Positions 35,436-46,511 of a DNA stretch of 64,000 nt are shown here, one piece after another. The position numbers and the translations under genes were made by a program. Every line of letters starts with the position of its first letter. Position 1 is the first letter of the stretch. Source of the DNA: Bacteroidota bacterium (lineage in GTDB: Bacteria > Bacteroidota > Bacteroidia > Bacteroidales > WCHB1-69); assembly GCA_022708105.1 (NCBI GenBank), contig JAKIZI010000003.1:14544-78543 (forward strand), read 5' to 3'. The notes beneath the pieces were generated by a model, which did no database searches, was not told the DNA's origin, and saw only the letters and a list, made by a program, of their open reading frames with translations.

Positions 35436-35556
35436 GTTATTGTATCTTCAATAAATAATTTATTTACTCTCGAGACACCCATTTTAGTGCTCCATTTACT
35501 TTTTAGACGGACTATTCAAAGATTAGAAATTCTAATCTGAATGGGGTTTTGCGGGA

Positions 35557-35937
35557 TTAAGCTTTTTTCTTAGGTCTCTTTGACCCATATTTGCTTCTAC
35601 CCTGTAATCTTCCTTCCACACCAGCAGAATCCAATGCTCCACGAACAATATGATATCTAACACCCGGAAGGTCTTTTACACGGCCACCTCTTACCAATAC
35701 GATAGAGTGTTCCTGCAAATTGTGTCCTTCGCCCGGAATATAAGCATTTACTTCTTTTCCATTGGTCATACGAACTCTCGCTACTTTACGCATGGCTGAA
35801 TTCGGTTTCTTAGGAGTCGTTGTATATACTCTTAAACAAACACCGCGCTTTTGCGGACATGAATCTAATGCTTTCGACTTGCTCTGTGAAGTCATTTTCT
35901 TTCTTCCTTTTCTAACTAACTGTTGTATTGTCGGCAT
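35557..35937 (-). CDS. rpsL: 30S ribosomal protein S12
   Basis: 126 aa. [12 protein letters not shown]...[15 protein letters not shown]...[19 protein letters not shown]. Confidence 0.95.
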   Translation of the reverse strand: MPTIQQLVRKGRKKMTSQSKSKALDSCPQKRGVCLRVYTTTPKKPNSAMRKVARVRMTNGKEVNAYIPGEGHNLQEHSIVLVRGGRVKDLPGVRYHIVRGALDSAGVEGRLQGRSKYGSKRPKKKA

Positions 35938-36011
35938 ACTATTAAAAAATTTTAATCTATTTTATTTTAAGTTTTTAGTATTCAATAAAAAAGTCCCTTT
36001 TTTTGGGACTG

Positions 36012-36019
36012 CAAAAATA
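36012..36019 (-). promoter_or_regulatory. -7 box TATTTTTG upstream of rpsL
   Basis: Plus-strand caaaaata. 75 nt upstream of the rpsL ATG on the minus strand. Confidence 0.45.
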
Positions 36020-36091
36020 CGATTTTTTTTTAATTAAAATTACTAAATGACAAATATTTTTTACACTCACTTTTTTTCTTTCGATCAAAGA

Positions 36092-36772
36092 TTATTCTAT
36101 ATCTTTAATACAGCGGATACTGTAACCATTAGAGGTACTTCCTGCAGCAATCGTAACCCCGGTTGTATTGGCGGCAACTTCTCTGGTCGACATATCACTG
36201 GTCCAATAATGGGCACTTGATCGATAACCCAAACAATTTCCGTTGTTTGAGAATCCACTGCCGTATGCATTAAATTTGCTCGAATTAGTTGCTCCAACAT
36301 TGTTTACCCAATAGGCATTGTTATCCGTCGATTTGAGTTTCCCACCTGCAACTGCAGTGCCCCCCAACGAATTGATCATGCTGTTCCATTCCGAAGAACT
36401 TGGTATGCGCCATCCCTCCGGACACGGATTTTTTTTCATTGCTTCAGAATTGTATAATAACCCGCAATCTTGATAATAGGTATAAGTGGAGTTATATGCA
36501 TACCAACTGCAACATGCAGTGGTTGTACTCCATTGAACGGGAGAAGTGGCAATAGTAATCGAAGAACCGCTTGATGTTTTGGTTGATTTTAAATTTTCTG
36601 CCATCCAATATTTTTCGTCGAGAACAATAACTTTGTAAGAATTCCCATTTCTATCTGTTACACTCGTGATGGGGTCATCTTGTTGCTCTTTCTTACAAGA
36701 TGTGCCTGCAATGAGAATTGAAACAAACAATATAATCAGTAAGTTACGGGTGATTGATGTTCTGCTTTTCAT
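36092..36772 (-). CDS. FISUMP (Fibrobacter succinogenes major paralogous) domain lipoprotein
   Basis: Lipoprotein signal (IAGTSCKK). TDRNGNSYKVIVLDEKYWMAENLK and GWRIPSSSEWNSM motifs. ATG 36772 is preferred over the GTG at 36796. Confidence 0.7.
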   Translation of the reverse strand: MKSRTSITRNLLIILFVSILIAGTSCKKEQQDDPITSVTDRNGNSYKVIVLDEKYWMAENLKSTKTSSGSSITIATSPVQWSTTTACCSWYAYNSTYTYYQDCGLLYNSEAMKKNPCPEGWRIPSSSEWNSMINSLGGTAVAGGKLKSTDNNAYWVNNVGATNSSKFNAYGSGFSNNGNCLGYRSSAHYWTSDMSTREVAANTTGVTIAAGSTSNGYSIRCIKDIE

Positions 36773-36920
36773 TTTTTTTAATTTTTTGATTAACACTTTA
36801 AGAATTTAATTTTTTTAAGTTGGCAAAAATACTAAAAAAGCATTTATTCTCCATTCATGATGAAGAATAAATTTATTTTTTATGATTTTTTTTTAGAAAA
36901 CAAAGGAGTCAATCCACTTT

Positions 36921-37799
36921 TTATCCATTAAGCGCTTCTGCACCACTTACAATTTCAATCAATTCAGTCGTAATCGCAGTTTGACGCGCATTGTTGTATT
37001 TTAATTTCAATGCTCTCAGAATTTCAGTGGCATTGTCTGTAGCTTTATGCATTGCGGTCATTCTTGCCCCATGTTCAGAAGCAATAGAATCAATGATGGT
37101 TTTATGAAATTGTAATTTTAATATTTTGGGAATCAACTCTTCTAAAATAGTCTCTTTGCTCGGTTCGAAGATATAATCCGAATTCGTATTGTTTTTAGAA
37201 TTTCGAGTGGTTTGGGTTACCGGTAAAAAAGATTCTGTTACCAAGGTCTGCGTGGCCGGGTTAATAAATCGATTGTAAATAATTTCTACTTTGTCCAATT
37301 TCTTGTTCAGAAATTCATTTATGAGATAGGTTGCAATTTCTGAAGATTTATAAAAGGTCGGTGCATCTATCAACTCTTCGTGGGATTGAAGAATCTGATA
37401 TTTTTTTGATAATTGTTCTTTTCCTTTTTTGCCGATGCAGATAATCTGAACGTTTCCTTTAGCAGCTTGTTGTGCATATTTCTCTTCGATTACTCTATGG
37501 ACTTCTTTAGTAACATTTACATTAAAACTTCCGCACAATCCCCGGTTTGAAGTAAGAACTACTAAAAGGACATGCTCAATCGGACGTTCCTCAAAAAGAG
37601 ATAATTCATCAGATGCAATAGTATTATCTGATACCCGTTGTAAAATTTCATTCAGCTTATTCGAATACGGACGAAGACTGATAATTGCATTTTGTGCTTT
37701 ACGCAATTTAGCCGCTGAAACCATTTTCATGGCTCCCGTAATTTTTTGAGTTGATTGAACAGAGGCAATTCTGACTCTGATTTCCTTAAGACTTCCCAT
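36921..37799 (-). CDS. atpG: F0F1 ATP synthase subunit gamma
   Basis: 292 aa. N-terminal LKEIRVRIASVQSTQKITGAMKMVSAAKLRKAQ and C-terminal ITTELIEIVSGAEAL. Confidence 0.9.
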   Translation of the reverse strand: MGSLKEIRVRIASVQSTQKITGAMKMVSAAKLRKAQNAIISLRPYSNKLNEILQRVSDNTIASDELSLFEERPIEHVLLVVLTSNRGLCGSFNVNVTKEVHRVIEEKYAQQAAKGNVQIICIGKKGKEQLSKKYQILQSHEELIDAPTFYKSSEIATYLINEFLNKKLDKVEIIYNRFINPATQTLVTESFLPVTQTTRNSKNNTNSDYIFEPSKETILEELIPKILKLQFHKTIIDSIASEHGARMTAMHKATDNATEILRALKLKYNNARQTAITTELIEIVSGAEALNG

Positions 37800-37804
37800 A
37801 AATG

Positions 37805-39394
37805 TTAGATTTCATATTTTTTGGCCACTGCTTTGCAAACAGTTTCTAATTCGCCACTAATTTGATCATTAAATTCTCCGGCTTTCAGTTTATTTAATAA
37901 TTCTTGATGATGCTCATGCAAGGTCTCAATATAATCTTTTTCAAAATTAGTAATTCTGCCCACCGGTACTTTTTGTAATAATGCTTTAACCCCGCAAAAG
38001 ATAATGGCAATTTGTTCTTCTACTTTCAAGGGGGAGTATTGGCGTTGTTTCAGTATCTCTACGTTGCGGGCTCCTTTTTCCAATACATTTTTTGTGGCAG
38101 CATCTACATCCGAACCGAATTTTGTAAAGGCTTCCAATTCACGATATTGAGCTTGATCGAGTTTTAAGGTCCCGGCGACTTTTTTCATTGATTTGATTTG
38201 TGCATTTCCTCCTACACGTGATACTGAAATCCCAACATTGATGGCAGGACGAATCCCTGCATTGAACAAATTAGTCTCTAAGAAAATCTGTCCATCCGTA
38301 ATGGAAATAACATTGGTAGGAATGTATGCCGATACATCTCCTGCCTGGGTTTCGATAATTGGCAGAGCTGTTAACGAACCACCTCCCTTTACAAGGGGTT
38401 TTAGTACTTCCGGCAAATCATTCATGTTTGCTGCAATTTCATCCGATTCGATAATTTTAGCCGCTCTTTCCAATAATCTGGAGTGCAAGTAAAATACGTC
38501 TCCCGGATATGCTTCACGTCCCGGCGGACGACGTAATAATAAGGATACTTCACGATAAGCAACTGCTTGTTTTGAAAGGTCATCATAGATAATGAGGGCA
38601 GGACGTCCCGAATCACGAAAATATTCACCGATGGCAGCACCGGCAAAAGGAGCGTAAAACTGCATGGCTGCGGCATCCGAAGCGGTGGCTGCTACAATGG
38701 TAGTGTAAGACATTGCTCCATTTTCGGAAAGCGTTTTTACAATGTTTGCAACTGTTGACCCTTTTTGACCAATGGCGACATAAATACAATATACAGGTTC
38801 CCCTTTTTCGTAAAATTCTTTTTGATTAATGATGGTATCAATGGCAATAGCGGTTTTTCCGGTTTGGCGGTCCCCGATAATCAACTCACGTTGTCCGCGT
38901 CCGATAGGAATCATTGCATCTACGGCCTTTAAACCCGTCTGTAATGGTTCCTTTACGGGTTGACGAAAGATAACCCCCGGAGCTTTACGCTCAATGGGCA
39001 TCTCATAAAGGTCTCCCTCAATATGACCTTTACCGTCTATCGGTTCCCCTAAAGTGTTGATAACTCTTCCCAATAATCCTTCTCCTACTTTTATGGAGGC
39101 AATTCGCCCTGTTCTCTTACATAAATCTCCTTCTTTTAAGGTTTTGGAATCTCCGAGAAGAACTACTCCGACATTATCCTCTTCAAGATTTAAAACAATC
39201 CCGGTGATTGTCGTATCGGCTTTTTCAAAAGCGACTAACTCTCCGGATTGTGCATTATGGAGTCCATATACACGAGCAATCCCGTCTCCTACAACCAAAA
39301 CAGTTCCTGTTTCGTCTAAACTGGCTTTTGAGTCGAAATTTTGTAATTGCTGACGCAAAATAGCGGTTACTTCTGATGGTTTTATCTGTGACAT
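37805..39394 (-). CDS. atpA: F0F1 ATP synthase subunit alpha
   Basis: 529 aa. Walker A GDRQTGKT. Typical alpha-subunit sequence throughout. Confidence 0.95.
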   Translation of the reverse strand: MSQIKPSEVTAILRQQLQNFDSKASLDETGTVLVVGDGIARVYGLHNAQSGELVAFEKADTTITGIVLNLEEDNVGVVLLGDSKTLKEGDLCKRTGRIASIKVGEGLLGRVINTLGEPIDGKGHIEGDLYEMPIERKAPGVIFRQPVKEPLQTGLKAVDAMIPIGRGQRELIIGDRQTGKTAIAIDTIINQKEFYEKGEPVYCIYVAIGQKGSTVANIVKTLSENGAMSYTTIVAATASDAAAMQFYAPFAGAAIGEYFRDSGRPALIIYDDLSKQAVAYREVSLLLRRPPGREAYPGDVFYLHSRLLERAAKIIESDEIAANMNDLPEVLKPLVKGGGSLTALPIIETQAGDVSAYIPTNVISITDGQIFLETNLFNAGIRPAINVGISVSRVGGNAQIKSMKKVAGTLKLDQAQYRELEAFTKFGSDVDAATKNVLEKGARNVEILKQRQYSPLKVEEQIAIIFCGVKALLQKVPVGRITNFEKDYIETLHEHHQELLNKLKAGEFNDQISGELETVCKAVAKKYEI

Positions 39395-39451
39395 TTCTAT
39401 TTATTTATAGTTTTTTTTATTTTTTTATTTTTATGTGATGTGAAAGTACTC

Positions 39452-40012
39452 TTAAAAACCTGCCTGATAAATATTTTTGGAAAATTCCATTTTTAATTTG
39501 TTTATTTTTCCAAGCAGACTGGCATCAAGGAGTTTATCTTCAATTTTGATTACAAATCCTCCCAAAATGGAAGAATCTACCTGAATTCTCATATCAATCG
39601 TCGATTTTGTTTGCTCTTCCAATAGGGATTTGAGTTTTTGCTGCAATTTTTCATCCGGCTCCGTCGCAGTCGTTATGGTCGCAATCTTGATGTTATGCTC
39701 TGCGTAATAATGCATAATATAGGCATCAAAAATCAATATTAATGACGGTTCGCGCCTTTTTTTGATAATTAATGAAAGAAAACCGAATGTGATAGGAGAA
39801 ATATCATCCTTGAATATTTGAGAGAAAATCTCATTCTTTTTCTCTGGTTCGATGACCGGACTTTCAATAATAACACGAAGTTCTTTGTTATCGTGAAATG
39901 TGTTTTTTAGAAGCACAATATCTTGATAAGTTTTCTCTGATTGATTTTCAAGCATTGAAAATTCAAACAATGCATTGGCATATCTATTAGCTAATTTAGG
40001 ACTTTTTTTCAT
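39452..40012 (-). CDS. atpH: F0F1 ATP synthase subunit delta (OSCP)
   Basis: 186 aa. Position between atpF and atpA. N-terminal RYANALFEF pattern. Confidence 0.8.
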   Translation of the reverse strand: MKKSPKLANRYANALFEFSMLENQSEKTYQDIVLLKNTFHDNKELRVIIESPVIEPEKKNEIFSQIFKDDISPITFGFLSLIIKKRREPSLILIFDAYIMHYYAEHNIKIATITTATEPDEKLQQKLKSLLEEQTKSTIDMRIQVDSSILGGFVIKIEDKLLDASLLGKINKLKMEFSKNIYQAGF

Positions 40013-40042
40013 GAATTTCTGGCTTAACTGTAAAACAAAAGA

Positions 40043-40537
40043 TTAATTAAAGTTCAACTCTTTAATCCATTCATTTACAAGTTTTTCTTGTTGTGTTTTG
40101 TCCGATAACTCTTTTTGCAGAACCTTTTCTGCAATCTCAATCGACATATTGGCAATTTCATTCTTTATTTCAGTCATGGCTTTCATTTTTTCAAAATGAA
40201 TGGCATTGCGGGCTTCTTCTACAATGAGTTGTGCTTCTTGGTAAGCTTTTTCTTTAGACTCTTCATAAAGTTTGTCCCTAATTTTTCTTGCGTCTGCCAA
40301 AATTTGATCACGTTCATCTTTGGCTTGAATCAAAAGTGCCTGGTGTTCTGATTTTAAATTTTTCATCTCTTCGCGAGCCTTTGCAGCTTCCGAAAGCTGA
40401 TTTTCAATTTTACGCTCTCTTTCGGAGATGGATTTCGTGATGATCGGCCATGCATATTTTGCCAAAATGAAAAACAGTATTCCAAAGCCGATGAGCATCC
40501 AAAATATGAGTCCTATTGACGGGGTTAGTAAGTCCAT
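40043..40537 (-). CDS. atpF: F0F1 ATP synthase subunit b
   Basis: 164 aa. A single N-terminal TM helix followed by a long charged helix. Confidence 0.8.
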   Translation of the reverse strand: MDLLTPSIGLIFWMLIGFGILFFILAKYAWPIITKSISERERKIENQLSEAAKAREEMKNLKSEHQALLIQAKDERDQILADARKIRDKLYEESKEKAYQEAQLIVEEARNAIHFEKMKAMTEIKNEIANMSIEIAEKVLQKELSDKTQQEKLVNEWIKELNFN

Positions 40538-40611
40538 AGTTTTTTTTTGTTAATGTTTTATATATCTTAAAGCACAGAATTTTATCTGTACATTATAAAA
40601 TCAAATAAAAG

Positions 40612-40634
40612 TCTTCCCACCCATCGTGGGAAGA
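40612..40634 (-). promoter_or_regulatory. GC-rich 9-bp stem-loop between atpE and atpF
   Basis: tcttcccac / gtgggaaga with a 5-nt loop. On the minus strand it is followed by T-rich sequence. Possible intra-operon attenuator or mRNA-stability element. Confidence 0.4.
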
Positions 40635-40647
40635 ACATTTTAAGTCA

Positions 40648-40908
<261 letters not shown>

Positions 40909-40959
40909 TTAATAATTTAAGTGAATAATTAGGTTTTTTGAATTTATTTTTTATTGTGT

Positions 40960-42126
40960 TTATTCTTTTTCAATGGACATGGGGGCATGGTGTTCTTCAT
41001 GTGCTTCTTCATGGCCTTCTTCCATTGCCAACCCAATGTACAAGGATGTTAACAGCGTAAATACAAATGCTTGTACAAATGCAACGATTAATTCCAATAA
41101 GCCCATGAACAGATAGAAAAATATTGATACTGCAGATACGCCGTATCCTAAAGCCGGAGACATTCCCCCGAAAATAAATACCAAACAAATGAAACCGAGT
41201 ATGATAATGTGTCCTGCTGATATGTTGGCAAATAAACGGACCATCAATACAAATGGTTTTGTGAAAATTCCAATGATTTCTACCAACGGCATCAACGGAA
41301 TGGGAATCTTTAACCACCATGGAACTCCGGGTGTGTTGAAGATGTGTTTCCAGTAATTTTTATTTGATGAAAAGGAGGTGATGAAGAAGGTGATAATCGC
41401 CAATATTCCCGTTATGGTTATGTTCCCAGTTAAATTGGCACCTCCGGGAAATACCGGAATTAAGCCCATCATGTTGTTGATGAGAATAAAGAAAAATAAG
41501 GTTAATAAATAGGGGAGAAATTTCTCATATTTTTTCTCTCCTATGGAGGGAATAACTACTTCATCACGAATAAATAAAATAACCGGTTCTAAAAGTGATT
41601 GCAATCCCTTCGGAGCCATGCCATCGCGACGTTTATATTGTTTTGCTACACTTAAGAATATAAAAATCAACAAAATGATAGAAATGAAAAGAGAGCATAC
41701 ATTCTTCGTAATTGAGAAGTCAATTAGGGATGCGTTCGTGTCAATTTCGTAGGAAGTTCCCTCTTCCAGCGTTCCTGTATAGCCGCTATGTGTACCTCCT
41801 AATTTTACGATTTTCCCTTTGGTTTCAGGAGTGAAACCTAAAGCATAGCCCTTATATGCCGCATGTCCGTGATGAAATTTTCCGGACATGAATACTACCG
41901 GAGTCCCATTGTCTATCAATATGATAGGCAACGATATCCCTATTGCATGCTCGCCTTCTCCCGCAATATGCCACCCATATGAATCCGTGATGTGCTCAAT
42001 AATAAATTGTCCCGGCTCAAACTTTTTGCCCTCCTCGGAGGAGGCTTGAACGAAAATAGGAGAAAAAAGGGTGATTAAAACAATCGAGAGACAAATAAAT
42101 GGAGTTTTAATTCTATCGTAAGTCAT
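40960..42126 (-). CDS. atpB: F0F1 ATP synthase subunit a (with long N-terminal extension)
   Basis: 388 aa. C-terminal conserved LMVRLFANISAGH motif. First gene of the operon. Confidence 0.85.
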   Translation of the reverse strand: MTYDRIKTPFICLSIVLITLFSPIFVQASSEEGKKFEPGQFIIEHITDSYGWHIAGEGEHAIGISLPIILIDNGTPVVFMSGKFHHGHAAYKGYALGFTPETKGKIVKLGGTHSGYTGTLEEGTSYEIDTNASLIDFSITKNVCSLFISIILLIFIFLSVAKQYKRRDGMAPKGLQSLLEPVILFIRDEVVIPSIGEKKYEKFLPYLLTLFFFILINNMMGLIPVFPGGANLTGNITITGILAIITFFITSFSSNKNYWKHIFNTPGVPWWLKIPIPLMPLVEIIGIFTKPFVLMVRLFANISAGHIIILGFICLVFIFGGMSPALGYGVSAVSIFFYLFMGLLELIVAFVQAFVFTLLTSLYIGLAMEEGHEEAHEEHHAPMSIEKE

Positions 42127-42585
42127 TTTATGTCAATTTATTAGAATGATTATAACCTTCAATTTTTATTCATTAAAAAGTCGTGCAATATACAAAAATT
42201 GTTTGACTATTTTGCGTTTTTTGAGAAATATTATTTATTTTAAATTTAGTATAAATGCCTATTTATGTATAAAAATCTTCTTTTCTTCGCCCAAATAATA
42301 CAATCCCATAATGTATCAAAAAGTATTGGAAACAGAAACTCAATCTTGCCTTTGAATAAAGACGAAACTTTCCCTAATTTTTGTTATCTTTGCATCTTCA
42401 AAAGTTAAGATGAAGCGTTATGAAAAAAAGGGTTTTCAATCTTTTTTTAATTGCCCGTGAGCGTTATTTTTTGTGTGAAATGAAGCTGACAGAATCATAT
42501 ATTCTTACTTTTTCGAGGTAATCTGCAACGCTTTTGTCTCAAAATTTCAATTTTTTATGTTCCATTTTATAAACCGTGGATAATC

Positions 42586-43704
42586 ATGCTTGGAAATATC
42601 TGTCTTAAAGAAACCAATGATTTAAATCGTACCCCCATTGTGCAACAAACCGCTTTTTGGTCTGATGTGAAAACGAAGCTGGGCGACGAAGCTTTGGCGA
42701 TGGCCTTCTCTGTGCCTTCCGATGCTCTGTTTAAAGAGAGCAGCCGCTCCCAAAAGATGGATCTCGACGTACTCGTGATGTTGAAACCGCTTAACAAAAA
42801 TTCTTCGATCGCCTATGTGCCTTATGGTCCCGAAATTGAACCCGATGAAGAGGTACAGGGTGCTTTTTTAGAAGAACTTTCAGAATGCTTGCGTCCATTT
42901 TTGCCCGCAGGGTGTGTTATGATTCGCTATGATTTGTGCTGGGAATCTTATTGGACCAAACAACATCATGCAGAAGAAAATCTATGGCAGGAAGAACCCG
43001 AAAAACGCACCCAAGAATTTCGATTCAATTTCAGTACCGTGAACTGGAATTTCAGAAAAGCCCACTACAATATTTTGCCTGCTCATACCATCTATTTAGA
43101 TCTCACTCAATCACTTCCCCTAATTTTGGAACGCATGAAACCAAAAACGCGTTACAATATAGGACTGGCTAAACGCAAAGGAGTTACTGTGCGTCATGCA
43201 GGGCATGAAAGTTTGCCGGTTTGGTATGATTTATATCGGGAAACTGCATTACGGAACCGAATTTTGGTAAATGAACTTAAATACTTTGAGGCCATCTTAA
43301 CGGCTCGTGTGGAGCACTCTTCGTCGCCCGCAGAAGTGCAGCTTTTGATTGCCGAATGGGACGGAATTCCGCTTGCCGCCATGTTCCTCGTGATGTCCGA
43401 TCATCGTGCTTTCTATCTCTACGGGGCATCGTCTTCACAACATCGAAATTTGATGGCTACTTACGCACTCCAATGGGAAGCTATTTCGATTGCCAAATCT
43501 AAAGGTTGTACGGAGTATGATATGTTCGGAACCGCTCCCTCTCCCGATGAATCGCATCCGCTTTATGGATTGTATAAGTTTAAAAGTGGTTTCGGCGGAT
43601 CTCTCTACCATCGGTTGGGGTGCTGGGATTATCCGCTTGATCCCGTAAACTATGACTTTTTTCGCAACGAAGAGTTATTGTCGCAAGGATTTCATCTGAA
43701 ATAA
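42586..43704 (+). CDS. FemAB-family peptidoglycan aminoacyltransferase-like protein
   Basis: 372 aa. GNAT-like duplicated fold with the C-terminal YKFKSGFGG motif typical of the FemAB/lipid II peptidyltransferase family. Confidence 0.65.
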   Translation: MLGNICLKETNDLNRTPIVQQTAFWSDVKTKLGDEALAMAFSVPSDALFKESSRSQKMDLDVLVMLKPLNKNSSIAYVPYGPEIEPDEEVQGAFLEELSECLRPFLPAGCVMIRYDLCWESYWTKQHHAEENLWQEEPEKRTQEFRFNFSTVNWNFRKAHYNILPAHTIYLDLTQSLPLILERMKPKTRYNIGLAKRKGVTVRHAGHESLPVWYDLYRETALRNRILVNELKYFEAILTARVEHSSSPAEVQLLIAEWDGIPLAAMFLVMSDHRAFYLYGASSSQHRNLMATYALQWEAISIAKSKGCTEYDMFGTAPSPDESHPLYGLYKFKSGFGGSLYHRLGCWDYPLDPVNYDFFRNEELLSQGFHLK

Positions 43705-43714
43705 GATAATTTAA

Positions 43715-44551
43715 TTAATTTGAAATCTTTTTTTGAGCAATCGCCTCCTGGTACAATTGGTCAATCTTTTTTCGAATGTATTTGTTTTTCTTTTGTTGCT
43801 GAATCATAGAACGCACATTGTCGTATTCGCTCGGTGAGAGTTCGTGCGTCGTTTGCTTTTCCCGATAATCAAGCAAAACAATGAGATAATAATATTGTTT
43901 GTCTTTTGTTTCGATGTATCGGTTTTCGTCGGTTATAGACCCTTTTTCGTTTAAATGAAGAGGAATTTCTATTTCGATATCATCTAAATAGAGCCACTTT
44001 TCGTCTTCAATAAAATATTCAATGGAATCTCCGCAAAGTTTTTCAATCGTCTTCTTCTCCGAAACTCTCTTTGTTTCATCGAATAGAATACTTTTAATTT
44101 GGGGAATTAACTTGGAGTTGAGCGACAATTTCACATAATTTAACTTCACAATCTCTTTTTCGGTATCTTCATTCATTCCGTATAATTCCATAAAATTTCG
44201 GATTTCCGCTTTCGTTACGGGAAACAGAGATGTGTCTTCGGTTATTTTTTCGTAGTATGCATTAATCAACAATTGCGTTTTCAATCGATTCAACTCTTCG
44301 GTAAAATTTTTTTCCGAAAGCGATAAGGTTTTTGCAGCTTCGTGAAGGACGATTTTTTCCGTGCTCCACTGTTGAATGTAGCGATCAATAAAATCAACAC
44401 TATCTTGATGGTTAAGTCCTTTCGGCATCACTTCCACTGCTTCCGACAAATAGAGTTTGTTGCCAAAAGCTTCGGCAATCACAATATCATCACTTTTTTT
44501 GCAGGAAAAAAAGAGGGGCAATAGAAGTAAAAAAAACAAGGAACGTTTCAA
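43715..44551 (-). CDS. lipoprotein, SurA-N/chaperone-like, function unknown
   Basis: 278 aa. Lipoprotein signal (LPLFFSCKKS). Located downstream of a parvulin PPIase in the same operon. Confidence 0.45.
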   Translation of the reverse strand: MKRSLFFLLLLPLFFSCKKSDDIVIAEAFGNKLYLSEAVEVMPKGLNHQDSVDFIDRYIQQWSTEKIVLHEAAKTLSLSEKNFTEELNRLKTQLLINAYYEKITEDTSLFPVTKAEIRNFMELYGMNEDTEKEIVKLNYVKLSLNSKLIPQIKSILFDETKRVSEKKTIEKLCGDSIEYFIEDEKWLYLDDIEIEIPLHLNEKGSITDENRYIETKDKQYYYLIVLLDYREKQTTHELSPSEYDNVRSMIQQQKKNKYIRKKIDQLYQEAIAQKKISN

Positions 44552-44558
44552 AATGTCT

Positions 44559-46289
44559 CTATTTTATGGTTGAAAATAACGCTTCATTGATATAAACAGG
44601 GTATTTTTCACGCAATCTGGCAATCCAATTTTCTTCGAGGTAGGTCTGATATTCGTTGATGATCGAAGCTTTTACTTCTTCAAATGGCTTTGGCGTATTT
44701 GCAACGTCTGAAGGATATTTGTGTTTTACGGTTTCGTAATAATTGCGAAGTCCTGTGGTGTCTTGTACCGCTTTCATCCATACTTCGGCAGAATTGATTT
44801 CATATAAAATCATTCCTTCGTGGTATTCAGTAAAAAGGTTTTTAAATTCCGGATACTTCTCGGTAAGGTGCTCATTTTCATATTTCAGCATCGTTTCTGA
44901 TACGAAGGAGGGATATTTGTCTTCTAAGAAGGCTTCAATTCCTCCGTCCGGTGCCAACCCCTGGAATCGGGAAATGAATTTGGCATACTCTTGCACCGAA
45001 ACTTTCCGGTCTGCAAAAGTGAAAAGAGGTTTTAACGAATTGATGCCGGGAAGTTCTTCAATATTGATATCCGTAGATTGGAAATAGTTGCTTGGAATAT
45101 TTTTGGTTAAAAATGCAAAGCCTGCCTTTTTGCCTTTTTCTTCGAATTGGTATTCTTTTTTAAGTTTTTTCACCAACGATTCTTTGCTCTTGTAAGACCT
45201 CATATCTCTGGCAATTTTATTTTTGAGCGCATACTTGGAATCTTCATCGGCTTTGATGTAGTCAATGGAAATGAGTTTAATTATGTGCCATCCGGTAGAA
45301 GAGGGAATGGGCTCGGAGTAATTGCCGGGTTTGAGTGAGATACACGCTTTTACGAAATCGCCCGGGCGACGTTGTGGTGAAAAGGGCTCTAAGCGGCCGC
45401 CTTTTCCAATGGTTCCTTTATCTTCCGAATATTCAGAAACCAGATCTTCAAAGGGAACCCCTTTTTTGAGTTTTTCTTGGATGAAATCAATTTTTGCTTT
45501 CGTAACCGGTGTCATTTTTCCGTCTTTGGCCATTGTATCGGTAATGAAAATATGAGAAACCGTAATTTTGTCGATGGCCGTAACTTTGTCGGTAACATAA
45601 ATAAGGTGATAGCCGACGCTGCTTTTTACCGGCATGGAGATACTTCCTACCGGAGTTTTATAGGCACCTACTTCAAAAGGATAGATAAGGTTGAATACGG
45701 TGAAATAGCCGAGATCGCCCTTGTTGCCGGGTTGTAAGCGATTATTTTGAGGGTTAACTCTGTCTTGGGCAGAGGGATCTTCGGAATAGGTGACAGCTGC
45801 TTCCGCGAAGCTGAGCCCACCCAATATTTTATTTCGGATATTGATTATTTTTCTGTATGCTGCTAAGGTGTCTTTGGGTAAATCCGAAGGACATTTGATT
45901 AAAATGTGCGATGCTCTTAAAATATACTTTGAGTGCTCAAATGCTTCATCGATTAATGCTTCCGTAACTTCTTTATCTATCAGGTATTGTTGGGCAGATT
46001 GATTCCGGTAAGATTGTAATTCACGCTGAAAGGCAGCCGAAGTATCCACCTTCATTGCTTTACCTTCATTGACTTTAAGTTTGAAATTGATGAACAAGTT
46101 TAAGTAATCACGTAAATCTTGTTGTGTAGCATTCTCTAAGGCGTTATTCTTGCTGTATGTGGCAATGAATTGTTCTTTGGTGACCGTATCAACTCCTACA
46201 ATCAACAAGACTTCTTGCTGTTGTGCTAGAAGAGAATTAAAAATAAAAAGTACCAGACAAATGATGATGATGCGAAGGTTAGTTTTCAT
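44559..46289 (-). CDS. peptidylprolyl isomerase (parvulin; SurA/PpiD-like periplasmic chaperone)
   Basis: 576 aa with a signal peptide. Parvulin-domain signatures LRASHILIK and GDLGYFTVFNLIYPFE. Confidence 0.75.
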   Translation of the reverse strand: MKTNLRIIIICLVLFIFNSLLAQQQEVLLIVGVDTVTKEQFIATYSKNNALENATQQDLRDYLNLFINFKLKVNEGKAMKVDTSAAFQRELQSYRNQSAQQYLIDKEVTEALIDEAFEHSKYILRASHILIKCPSDLPKDTLAAYRKIINIRNKILGGLSFAEAAVTYSEDPSAQDRVNPQNNRLQPGNKGDLGYFTVFNLIYPFEVGAYKTPVGSISMPVKSSVGYHLIYVTDKVTAIDKITVSHIFITDTMAKDGKMTPVTKAKIDFIQEKLKKGVPFEDLVSEYSEDKGTIGKGGRLEPFSPQRRPGDFVKACISLKPGNYSEPIPSSTGWHIIKLISIDYIKADEDSKYALKNKIARDMRSYKSKESLVKKLKKEYQFEEKGKKAGFAFLTKNIPSNYFQSTDINIEELPGINSLKPLFTFADRKVSVQEYAKFISRFQGLAPDGGIEAFLEDKYPSFVSETMLKYENEHLTEKYPEFKNLFTEYHEGMILYEINSAEVWMKAVQDTTGLRNYYETVKHKYPSDVANTPKPFEEVKASIINEYQTYLEENWIARLREKYPVYINEALFSTIK

Positions 46290-46364
46290 ACCTATTAATT
46301 TGTGATTTATGCAATTTCTTTATAAAATTAAAGATAAGAACAGATAATTTAATAATAAGAGTTG

Positions 46365-46372
46365 CAAAAATA
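46365..46372 (-). promoter_or_regulatory. -7 box TATTTTTG upstream of the PPIase operon
   Basis: Plus-strand caaaaata. 76 nt upstream of ATG 46289 on the minus strand. Confidence 0.4.
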
Positions 46373-46511
46373 CAAAAAAATAGTAATATCTTTTATTAAG
46401 ATGCTCGGAGAAAACGATACTATTTTTTTTTGAGAACTTTAATTATAAAGTATAAGGCAAAACTCGTAACAAGAGTCATTACCGAAATCATAAGAATAAG
46501 TGCTTGGAAAT

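Noticed and set aside
42410-42585. Short upstream ORFs and a 190-nt leader between a TATCTTTG box (42385-42392) and the FemAB-like gene. Possible leader peptide or riboswitch.
   Set aside because: I could not see a conserved structure or a known riboswitch signature. The short ORFs are AT-rich and unremarkable.
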